From positions 32,001 to 96,000 of IMG/VR virus record IMGVR_UViG_3300012662_000001: DNA of 64,000 nucleotides. One strand, written 5' to 3'. The notes beneath the pieces were generated by a model. That model did not search any database, was not told the DNA's origin, and was given only the letters and a program-made list of their open reading frames with translations. The position numbers and the translations under genes are program-made. Below are positions 34,607 through 42,499 of this stretch, in pieces. The stretch is from a virus. The number at the start of each line of letters is the position of its first letter. Positions within the stretch are counted from its first letter, which is position 1.

Positions 34607-35448
34607 CACTGACCGAAATATACTTGATGAAGTCTTATAAGTACATTCGTCGTGAGTGGCGTAATGGACGGTGGAGATATTGGTATGATACCGTGTCTCC
34701 GAAGGAGCAGTGGCGTAAGGGTGGATTTGGAAAGATTCATCAGGGGTATTGGCATAATATTCACGGTGCGTTTGATAAGTTGATGAAGGATCAGAAAGGT
34801 CAGGTTGAGGATGTCTTTAGTATTAAATTGCCGTTTGTATATCTTGATGAAAACACTGGGAACTGGACTATTGCGAAGGATAAGAGCGGCAAGGTAATAA
34901 ATCAGAAAGTTGGGGTTGATTTAGTGTGGGGAAATAGACAAGCTGAAGTTGGATTGGATCATATTTTGGATAAACATTTTCAGCGATATGATCATTATCA
35001 TAGCATAGATGACATCGTTGATGCTTTGGATGATTCTGTAAAGGAAATAAATTCATCATCTAATGTGAATGTGGAGACCTGTTTTGTTGATGAGAATGGT
35101 GTTAATTTAAGGAATCCAAATTTTGTGGTGACAACACCTAATGGCAATAGAATGGTGATTGCTGTTAAGAAGTATGATGATGGTAATGGTCACATTGCTG
35201 TGAAGCATTTTATATTGACATCATTTGTGGTTGATGAAAATTGGAGGAGTAGGCGTAATGATATGTCTGAAAGAAATAATAGGATATTACAACAAAAGCA
35301 ACGGAAACAAATCCGTTGCCCTGTCGATTTAGAAAGTCTTGCTGACCCCGATGGCCACCTGATTAAGGGTGTTAAACCATCTAAACCCCTTTCAGCAAGT
35401 TTAATGAAAGAAGAATGGGTTACTTTCAACTTTCTTCTGCAAATATAA
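34600..35448 (+). CDS. hypothetical protein, possibly a PBECR/barnase-EndoU-like nuclease-fold domain (tentative)
   Basis: The N-terminus KSYKYIRREWRNGRWRYWY is followed by EVGLDHILDKHFQRYD...RMVIAVKKYDDGNGHIAVKHFILTSFVV. An alternative ATG is at 34627. The stretch is A/T-rich by eye compared with its flanks. Confidence 0.5.
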   Translation: MLTLTEIYLMKSYKYIRREWRNGRWRYWYDTVSPKEQWRKGGFGKIHQGYWHNIHGAFDKLMKDQKGQVEDVFSIKLPFVYLDENTGNWTIAKDKSGKVINQKVGVDLVWGNRQAEVGLDHILDKHFQRYDHYHSIDDIVDALDDSVKEINSSSNVNVETCFVDENGVNLRNPNFVVTTPNGNRMVIAVKKYDDGNGHIAVKHFILTSFVVDENWRSRRNDMSERNNRILQQKQRKQIRCPVDLESLADPDGHLIKGVKPSKPLSASLMKEEWVTFNFLLQI

Positions 35449-35516
35449 CGTGATTTCTTGGAATCACAATGAACAAAATAGAAAATTCGTGAGAAATATC
35501 ATAAAATATCCAGAAT

Positions 35517-36311
35517 ATGCTAAAGGATAGAAACATAATTGACTCTCCGGAGGCTTCTCTATACGGACAGCCTCAAGTTCAGTTCAGACCCAATGACTTT
35601 GATGCGGCCATTTGGTCACACGGTTATGACGTGGTCTGTGAACAGGCTGTCAGATGTCCTTGTTGTGGAAGTTCTGATGCGGCACTTCCGGACTGTGAAA
35701 ACTGTCACGGATTTGGGTATTTTTTCATCAATCCAGTGCGTACCAAGGCTCTTATAACAGGGTTGAATCGTTCCACGAACTATGTTCAGTGGAATCCGGA
35801 GTTGATGGGAACAGCGGCCATCACGGTTCGTGATGAGGACAGACGGCTTGTGTCCTTTTTGAATAGAGTGACCATTGAGGATGAAATTGCGACCTTTACG
35901 GAATCACGGCTTGTTACTGAGACCGTTGATGGGAACGTGATGTGTTTCCTTTCCTATGCGCCTGTAACGATTGAAAGGGTGTATAAATTTTATGGCTCTG
36001 ATCAGAAGCTGTATCGGCTTGATGACACGTGCTATGAGATTATGGAGAACAATCCCTATTGTCTTAGATTTACAAAGGGAAATGTTGAGCCTGAGACGGC
36101 CATTTCCATAGTCTATACACATAGGGTTGAATATCATATAATAGATATGCCGCACGAGATAAGGGCTTCACTCGGCAGGGATAAGGTGTCTGGGCAGTTT
36201 CAGATATTGAAGATGCCTGTTCAGAGCATCGGCAGGAGAACCCATCTACTTGTCGGGAAGCCTAACTATGGTGGTGGCGGTTTGTTGAACAATGACGATA
36301 TAGAGAGATGA
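35517..36311 (+). CDS. virion or neck-module protein with a CxxC...CxxC zinc-ribbon-like motif
   Basis: RCPCCGSSDAALPDCENCHGFGYF. Confidence 0.55.
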   Translation: MLKDRNIIDSPEASLYGQPQVQFRPNDFDAAIWSHGYDVVCEQAVRCPCCGSSDAALPDCENCHGFGYFFINPVRTKALITGLNRSTNYVQWNPELMGTAAITVRDEDRRLVSFLNRVTIEDEIATFTESRLVTETVDGNVMCFLSYAPVTIERVYKFYGSDQKLYRLDDTCYEIMENNPYCLRFTKGNVEPETAISIVYTHRVEYHIIDMPHEIRASLGRDKVSGQFQILKMPVQSIGRRTHLLVGKPNYGGGGLLNNDDIER

Positions 36312-37081
36312 TGCCTTTGAATATAGACCTCAGTGAAGTGGTTGAAGAGTTTGCTCTTACGGCTACACAGTCAATGGAATTGAGTGATGTCATCATTGAT
36401 AGGATAGTCGCGGAGTATACCTCCAAATGGGAGAATCTTGTTGACAATGGTCTGAAAGGGCTTCGCAGCACCTATAAGAATGCGATGTATGTTGACAAGA
36501 AGAGTTCCTCTGAGGTTATATTTGGTCTGCGTGAGGGTGAAAACGGTCTTGCTATGGCCTTGGAGGAGGGTAAGGCGGCTTGGGATGAAAAGCCGTTCTT
36601 TGAGGCCTCCCCACGGAAGCATCGTAAGGCTATGGGTGACGGCTGGTATCTGACGGTTCCATTCAGACACGCCACTCCGGAAGCGGTTGCTGAATCAGGC
36701 ATATTTCAGAGTGTTCTACCGAAGGAGATTTATGATATAGCGAAGAACAACGGTGGTCGTAGGGTGTCTATGGCGCAGCTTCCGGAACAGTATAGACAGC
36801 TTGGTAGTAGAAAGGAGATTGTTACAGCGAGTGGTGTTATTCCAGAGTACACTCACAAGGCTCCGAAGTATCTCGGTCTGGTGCGTGTGAATGTTTCATC
36901 CACCAACAAGGAGGACCGAGGTGGCTATATGACATTTAGACGTGTGAGTGATAGGAGTGACCCTAACTCGTGGATTCATCCTGGATTTGACGCCCACAGG
37001 TTTATGGACAAGGCGTTGGATCAGGCTGATATCTACACCGTGGCTGATATGGCTATTGATAATTTTTTGGCGCAATTATGA
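36308..37081 (+). CDS. virion or neck-module protein, function unknown
   Basis: 257-aa ORF with an ATGA overlap with the upstream gene. Confidence 0.6.
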   Translation: MMPLNIDLSEVVEEFALTATQSMELSDVIIDRIVAEYTSKWENLVDNGLKGLRSTYKNAMYVDKKSSSEVIFGLREGENGLAMALEEGKAAWDEKPFFEASPRKHRKAMGDGWYLTVPFRHATPEAVAESGIFQSVLPKEIYDIAKNNGGRRVSMAQLPEQYRQLGSRKEIVTASGVIPEYTHKAPKYLGLVRVNVSSTNKEDRGGYMTFRRVSDRSDPNSWIHPGFDAHRFMDKALDQADIYTVADMAIDNFLAQL

Positions 37082-37956
37082 TACTTGTAGCGAGAATTAA
37101 GAGACTTGTCACAGGGCTGATTGACTACATTCAGCGAGACTACAACAGTGGAATTCCTGAGACACAGACATTCCTATATCAGATGTTCTGGGGCGCTCGG
37201 GACGGGAGTTTTGATTTCTATGAACAGGCCAGAAAGATGTTTCTGCGAACTAATGAGAGCCCTCGCAAGGTGGCTGTCACGCTGGAGTACCCGAAGGACA
37301 AGGTGGCTCTTCCGTGCATTGTGATTCGGGAACCATCACGTCAACAGACACAGCCTAATCCACTTGGAGGAATCGGTGATCCAGAGAGTTTGTTTGGCGC
37401 TCCTGGATATCAGAGGGAGGCATTCAATGTGACAAGCGGTTCAAAGGTGAATCTGATGTGCTTCAGTGATAATCCTATGGAGTCACTGTTGATGGGTGAG
37501 GTACTTTATGCCTTATTGCAGGGGGCGAGGAACACATTTGAGGAGGAGTTTTTGAACTTTTCATTCTCCACGTCTGAACTTGTGGCTGAAAATAGCCTGT
37601 TTCCTCTACCTATCATTATAAAGACAGTGTCCATAGACGTTACTGAGAACGAGGACTATGCTTCACTTATACGTCAGGACTTGATGTCGTGTGTGAAGTT
37701 TGAGCCGCCTATTCCAGTCAGTGACTTTGAAAGGCCGGAGCCGGAGCCAATTGGAAAGTACTTTTTCTTTACCAATCCATATCTGTGGCTGGATGCCTTG
37801 GTGGCTGAGGGTGATATGGGTATTCTGTCGAACACGGACTGGATTTTGGAATATGGTGGAGAACTGTTCAACTTTGGGGTGGATGTTCTCTATCTGAATA
37901 ATGAGGACTATGGCGAGCAGACAATCATCGCTCAGACAACGTGGACGCTTGAATAG
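37078..37956 (+). CDS. virion or neck-module protein ending in two BACON first-half-like segments
   Basis: The C-terminus is ...LVAEGDMGILSNTDWILEYGGELFNFGVDVLYLNNEDYGEQTIIAQTTWTLE*. Confidence 0.6.
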   Translation: MILVARIKRLVTGLIDYIQRDYNSGIPETQTFLYQMFWGARDGSFDFYEQARKMFLRTNESPRKVAVTLEYPKDKVALPCIVIREPSRQQTQPNPLGGIGDPESLFGAPGYQREAFNVTSGSKVNLMCFSDNPMESLLMGEVLYALLQGARNTFEEEFLNFSFSTSELVAENSLFPLPIIIKTVSIDVTENEDYASLIRQDLMSCVKFEPPIPVSDFERPEPEPIGKYFFFTNPYLWLDALVAEGDMGILSNTDWILEYGGELFNFGVDVLYLNNEDYGEQTIIAQTTWTLE

Positions 37957-37977
37957 TGTGGAAATATGTTTTATAAC

Positions 37978-38004
37978 TATATTTGTGTCGTAATTTGTGT
38001 CGTA
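37978..38004 (+). promoter_or_regulatory. -7 box and a tandem 12-bp duplication
   Basis: TATATTTG at 37978-37985. atttgtgtcgta occurs twice in tandem (37981-37992 and 37993-38004). Confidence 0.45.
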
Positions 38005-38059
38005 TAAGGAAAGGAACTTTATAGTTTCATTATAGTGTTTAATTAAATCTTTTTGTTCT

Positions 38060-38692
38060 ATGGCAAAAGCAGCTTGGTTGACTCTCAACCCGATGTCGGG
38101 ACAGGGTAACGCAACCGTACAAAACACCGCCACCGTTCATACCGGACGTGTGCAGAGGGAGACCACAGTAACAGGTGTGGCCACTGGAGTTTCTCCGAAT
38201 AAGACCTACACCGTTATTCAGAAGCCGAAGACTGAGTTCGTATCCTTCGACAACGGTACTGAGATCACCGTCGGCAAGGAGGGTGGTTCTCTCACCATCA
38301 AGGGTAAGTCCAACTCTGCCAAACTTGCGTTTAGTCTTGTTGACAACGCAGAGGGCACGGCCAATGACCTTTCTCTTACTCTTCCTGCAAATTACACCGC
38401 AGCAGGAGCAGAGACCGCCAACAGTGCGGCTATCACAGGCGACCCTGGAGCTTCAGCGGAGTATGCGTTCAGCATTACTTTCACAGGTATCGCTGAGAAC
38501 CTCACCATCAATGAGCTTCAGTGCGCTCTCGCTGTTGCGGCAGGTGATAATGCGGCCACCGCTCAGATCACCATCAAGCAGACCGCTGGAGACCCTACAT
38601 TCAACTTCGACAACGATAACATCACCATCGAGGCAAGCGGTGAAGCAGTATCTCAGGGCGTTAAGTCCAACACTTCTTGGACACTCTCGTAG
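38060..38692 (+). CDS. BACON/Ig-like repeat protein that starts and ends mid-domain
   Basis: N-terminus MAKAAWLTLNPMSGQGNATVQNTATVHTGRVQRETTVTG...TYTVIQ corresponds to the second half of a BACON repeat. C-terminus FNFDNDNITIEASGEAVSQGVKSNTSWTLS* corresponds to the first half. It is paralogous to the N-terminal 170 aa of 40121..42361. Confidence 0.7.
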   Translation: MAKAAWLTLNPMSGQGNATVQNTATVHTGRVQRETTVTGVATGVSPNKTYTVIQKPKTEFVSFDNGTEITVGKEGGSLTIKGKSNSAKLAFSLVDNAEGTANDLSLTLPANYTAAGAETANSAAITGDPGASAEYAFSITFTGIAENLTINELQCALAVAAGDNAATAQITIKQTAGDPTFNFDNDNITIEASGEAVSQGVKSNTSWTLS

Positions 38693-38727
38693 TGTTTCTG
38701 GGAGTAGGTGTTTTATCTGGCAGAAAT

Positions 38728-38760
38728 GAGGGGTGGGGCTGTTACCCCACCTCTCTTTTT
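38728..38760 (+). terminator. rho-independent terminator
   Basis: gaggggtgggg(N6)ccccacctc followed by tcttttt. Confidence 0.65.
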
Positions 38761-38777
38761 AATTAAGAGGAGGAACT

Positions 38778-38963
38778 ATGATAAATGAGGAATTTGACAG
38801 AGAGGTGAGAATCACAGGCAGATTGACTGAAGGAACGCTTCCAGCGGAGGATTCCTTTGTTGTCGTTCATCTTGGTCTGCGAGAGCCGTTTATACCTATG
38901 GGGGATGAGGATTCAATGCTTGTGGCTGATGATGCCACCTATGGGGTGCTGAAGGAACAGTGA
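38778..38963 (+). CDS. hypothetical small protein
   Basis: 61-aa ORF preceded by gaggagg. Confidence 0.45.
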   Translation: MINEEFDREVRITGRLTEGTLPAEDSFVVVHLGLREPFIPMGDEDSMLVADDATYGVLKEQ

Positions 38964-39003
38964 CACTATAATTTTTAATGAAAATTGTTTAATACTTTAG
39001 ATT

Positions 39004-39219
39004 ATGGCATACAAATCAAAATTTACTGGAGCCGAGGTGGATGCTGCGATTGAGCAGGTTCGCAACTGGAAGAATAACCCTTCCACTATTATGACTTCTG
39101 AACAGATTCTGGCCAATCTTACAGGTCAGCAGATTATTGATAAGATCAACTCTGTGTCCGGGAACATTGTGTTCACCAAGTTTGTTGATGCACAGGGTGG
39201 GGCTGGAAACACGAAGTAG
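39004..39219 (+). CDS. hypothetical small protein
   Basis: 71-aa ORF. Confidence 0.5.
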   Translation: MAYKSKFTGAEVDAAIEQVRNWKNNPSTIMTSEQILANLTGQQIIDKINSVSGNIVFTKFVDAQGGAGNTK

Positions 39220-39222
39220 CGT

Positions 39223-40110
39223 ATGGCGGAACTTAGACCTTTCGCGACGGCCAAACAGGCGGCTGACATCGGGAGCATTACCCCGACTGATATCGGCGTG
39301 TCTGCGACGGCCTTTGTTCGCAAGAGCGAGCTTGTCAAGACAGGCAAGTTCGATGAGACGAATCTTGCTTCCTATCAGGATGCTTGGTTCGTGAATCTGG
39401 ATGCCGTTAAAAAGGCTTCCGGAGGATCTATACTTCATATTGAGTGGCTTCCATTTTCAAGTGTTCTGGCGAATGCCACTGAAGTATCAACATTTGTGTC
39501 CTGTCAGGGCGACTATGTTGGTGATCCTGTTGTTGCTATTACAGGTGCGTTGAAGAACGCTTCCGTTCGTATTGAAAAATATACTGAGAATTCTTCCGGA
39601 TGGACGCATCGTATCTATGTGACGTTCGATAAAAACTGGACTTTGAATGATTTAGTCTCCTCCGTTACGGTTACTATTACAGATGCGGATGGTAAGAGTG
39701 AATCAAGTTCAGCAAATGTCACTCAGAATGGTGCAAAGTTTGAGTACCACCCCACAACACTATCATTTGATGCAGATGACACCATCACACAGCAGGTTGT
39801 GACTATTGTCTCCCCAAGCTCCTTTTCTGTTTCCACGGATTCATCGTCTTGGATTGGTTTTAGTAAACAGGTGGACGCGACTGTAAAGGTCTATATGCTC
39901 GCCAAGAATACTTCTGGTTCAGATCGTAGTGGAAAACTTATCTTGACCTATGATTATACAGGGGATAAGTTTGAGGTGGCGGTAGTTCAAAAGGGTGAAG
40001 GCGCTTCTCATAATCTGGTAGTTTCGCCTACTTCTATGAATTTTGGTGCGAATCCTACTTCTGGTAAGGATCTTACCATTACAGCCACTGGCGACTGGAC
40101 AATAGAATAG
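39223..40110 (+). CDS. BACON/Ig-like repeat protein ending in a first-half repeat
   Basis: Complete internal repeat: LSFDADD...SSWIGFSKQ...NTSGSDRSGKLILTY...FEVAVVQ. C-terminus: LVVSPTSMNFGANPTSGKDLTITATGDWTIE*. Confidence 0.7.
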   Translation: MAELRPFATAKQAADIGSITPTDIGVSATAFVRKSELVKTGKFDETNLASYQDAWFVNLDAVKKASGGSILHIEWLPFSSVLANATEVSTFVSCQGDYVGDPVVAITGALKNASVRIEKYTENSSGWTHRIYVTFDKNWTLNDLVSSVTVTITDADGKSESSSANVTQNGAKFEYHPTTLSFDADDTITQQVVTIVSPSSFSVSTDSSSWIGFSKQVDATVKVYMLAKNTSGSDRSGKLILTYDYTGDKFEVAVVQKGEGASHNLVVSPTSMNFGANPTSGKDLTITATGDWTIE

Positions 40111-40120
40111 GAGGTATATT

Positions 40121-42361
40121 ATGGCAAAATCATCTTGGCTTACTGTATCTCCTATGTCCGGCTCAGGGAACGCCACCTTGACGAACACTGGAACTAATCA
40201 CACTGGACGAAATTCTCGTTCCACGAGTGTGACTGCCACCGTCAAGGGGCTTTCCGTAAGCCGTTCCTACACGGTTGTTCAAAAGGCTCTGGCGGAGTTT
40301 GTGTCCATCACAGGCAGTGCGTCCGTTACCGTGGATAAGGAGGGTCAATCACTTACATTGAGTGGAATTTCTAATTCCTCCAAATTGACATTTGCTTCGG
40401 ATTCCACGAGTGTGACTGTTCCGACTTCCTATACAGTTAATGAGGAAGCAGCCACCAATGGAACGGCAATCTCAGGTGATCCTGGAACGTCCGCTCAATA
40501 TGCGTTCAGCATATCAGTGACTGTTCCTGTGAACACTACGACATCGGTTCGTAGTTTTACGATTACGGTTACGACTGCAAGCGGTGCAAAGGCGACGTGG
40601 ACATTGAATCAGGAGGCTTCGTCCATCACCTATACACTTACACTTTCACCATCTGTGGTAATCATTGCCGCAAAGGGTGGTTCTTCCACTATTTCCGGCA
40701 CGTTGCGGACGTACAGAAATGGCACACTTATTTCAACGGATAGCGTTACTCCGACCTGTACCGTGTCAGGCAGTGTGTTTAGCGTGTCGTCTGGAAATGT
40801 CGTATCAGTTGACTCTCGTGGAACTACTGTCGGTGACGCACGTTCAACGACCGTGACAGGTTCATACAACGGAACCACGGCCACTGTGACAGTTTCACAG
40901 GAGGCAAATAAGGTTGAAAGTTCTGTTAATTCAGGTGGAGCCATCACCTATGGCAATGTGACTATTGGAACTATTACGAATGCCACCATTGCGGCAAGAG
41001 GTGGCACTGGAACGGCCACAGCCGGAAAGGGTTCCCAGAGTAAGACTGTTGCGGCCACGTATCGTACTGACACCTATACGTCAGAAGTTACCAATAGAGT
41101 GCAGACGGCAGAGACTGTAACGACCATTGAATCCATTGATCCTTCAGTTTCTTCCGTTTCAGGTACGGCATCATCCAAGGGAACGATTATTTCCAGCATT
41201 ACTACGGTGAAGTCTCAGGTCGTCATCTGGACTGGAAACGACTCGAAGTCTGTTTCAGGAACAATGTATGTCTATCAGGAAGCGAACAGTCGTACCTTGG
41301 AAAGGTATTCTACCCCTGTTTCATATTCAGATATAGGTGCTGATGGGAGTGCAGCTATTCCTACAATTATCGATTATCCTTGTTATTGGAGTTACACTTC
41401 TGGAGGTAGCATTGATATTGCAAGGAGTTCATTGACTATTTCTTATTCCAAGAATTGGGGCGGCGGAAGTTCTTACAATAATGCTTCCATTAATACATCT
41501 AATGGCTATGTAACAGCGGATAGCCTTGGCACGACTGCGAAAAGTCGAAAGAACGTTCTTGATTCCAGGATAACGTTTGCAATAAATAGTTTATCTGTGT
41601 CGGAGGTTGTCTATGTCTATCAGGCGGCCAATGCCAAGACTTCAGTTGAATATGGTACACCATCAGTTTCGTTAACTGTTGAGGATATTCCAGCAAGCGG
41701 TGGAACGGTGTCCAGTGGTATTGTTTCATATTCTCAGAGCCAGAATCAGTATTACACTTCTGGTGCGTATGAGGCATTGTCAACGGTTACTTCTGGAGGA
41801 ACAGTGTCTTATGGATCATCAGTAAGTGCGGATAGTCTTGGTACAACGGTGAAATCAAGATCAAGTGTTGGAACGTTGACAGTAACAGTGACCCTTAATG
41901 GTAAGTCTGGTTCTGATTCGGCCACTGTGTACCAACAAGCAAATTCCGCCATCTATGGGGCTGTTTCTGTTACGGCTGACACTCCAGTTTCAATGTTGGC
42001 CTCTGGTGGAACAAGCACGATATCACCTACTGCAAGCCAGACGGTGAGTTATACTTCCGGAAGCACTCGTGCTGGAAGTGTGTCACTATCCTATGCAGTT
42101 AAGACAAGCAAGACTGGATTTAGTTTGAGTGGGGCGACTGTAACTGCAACACAGAACACTTCTACTTCAGATAGAAATGGTTTTGTGGTGACGGTTACGG
42201 CCACTGGAGAGGGTTCAAAATCAGCTACGACTGATGTCACGTTTAATCAGGCTGGAGCAAGTGCCACCTTGTCTGTTTCTCCTGCATCACTGTCCTTTGT
42301 GGCGGATGGAGAGGGCAAGACAATTACCATTACTTCCAATGGAGATTGGACGATTTCCTAA
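40121..42361 (+). CDS. large Ser/Thr-rich protein of tandem BACON/Ig-like repeats (fibre, whisker or collar candidate)
   Basis: The N-terminus MAKSSWLTVSPMSGSGNATL...R.TSVTA...YTVVQ is a second-half repeat. About 7 internal repeats end in V(Y/T)xQ(E/A)AN. The C-terminus LSVSPASLSFVADGEGKTITITSNGDWTIS* is a first-half repeat. A Shine-Dalgarno-like aggagg lies upstream. Confidence 0.75.
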   Translation: MAKSSWLTVSPMSGSGNATLTNTGTNHTGRNSRSTSVTATVKGLSVSRSYTVVQKALAEFVSITGSASVTVDKEGQSLTLSGISNSSKLTFASDSTSVTVPTSYTVNEEAATNGTAISGDPGTSAQYAFSISVTVPVNTTTSVRSFTITVTTASGAKATWTLNQEASSITYTLTLSPSVVIIAAKGGSSTISGTLRTYRNGTLISTDSVTPTCTVSGSVFSVSSGNVVSVDSRGTTVGDARSTTVTGSYNGTTATVTVSQEANKVESSVNSGGAITYGNVTIGTITNATIAARGGTGTATAGKGSQSKTVAATYRTDTYTSEVTNRVQTAETVTTIESIDPSVSSVSGTASSKGTIISSITTVKSQVVIWTGNDSKSVSGTMYVYQEANSRTLERYSTPVSYSDIGADGSAAIPTIIDYPCYWSYTSGGSIDIARSSLTISYSKNWGGGSSYNNASINTSNGYVTADSLGTTAKSRKNVLDSRITFAINSLSVSEVVYVYQAANAKTSVEYGTPSVSLTVEDIPASGGTVSSGIVSYSQSQNQYYTSGAYEALSTVTSGGTVSYGSSVSADSLGTTVKSRSSVGTLTVTVTLNGKSGSDSATVYQQANSAIYGAVSVTADTPVSMLASGGTSTISPTASQTVSYTSGSTRAGSVSLSYAVKTSKTGFSLSGATVTATQNTSTSDRNGFVVTVTATGEGSKSATTDVTFNQAGASATLSVSPASLSFVADGEGKTITITSNGDWTIS

Positions 42362-42382
42362 TTTTGCTGTGAATTTATGTTG

Positions 42383-42413
42383 GACTGGAGTGGGTCATTC
42401 TCACTCCAGTTTG
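42383..42413 (+). terminator. rho-independent-type terminator
   Basis: gactggagtg(N9)cactccagt followed by ttg. Confidence 0.55.
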
Positions 42414-42499
42414 ATTTATAGTGAACTGATTTCGCAGGAAAGCACTACCTTTACATCGTAATAGTATGAACGTAGAATTTTCATAATTATAATTGCAGT

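Noticed and set aside
40100-40125. A +1 frameshift or readthrough at the TAG of 39223..40110 that would fuse it to 40121..42361. The +1 frame (agg agg tat att atg) is open and in phase with the next gene.
   Set aside because: The P-site GAA codon cannot re-pair in the +1 frame (AAT). The agg agg sequence is better explained as a Shine-Dalgarno element for the ATG at 40121. In-frame readthrough of the TAG runs into a stop after about 30 codons. This stays as a caveat under the split-domain finding.
38060-40700. A diversity-generating retroelement (template/variable repeat pair), suggested by the similar 5' parts of 38060..38692 and 40121..42361.
   Set aside because: The two DNA segments have diverged at all base types, not only at adenines. 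No reverse transcriptase gene is present in the window. The similarity is ordinary paralogy.
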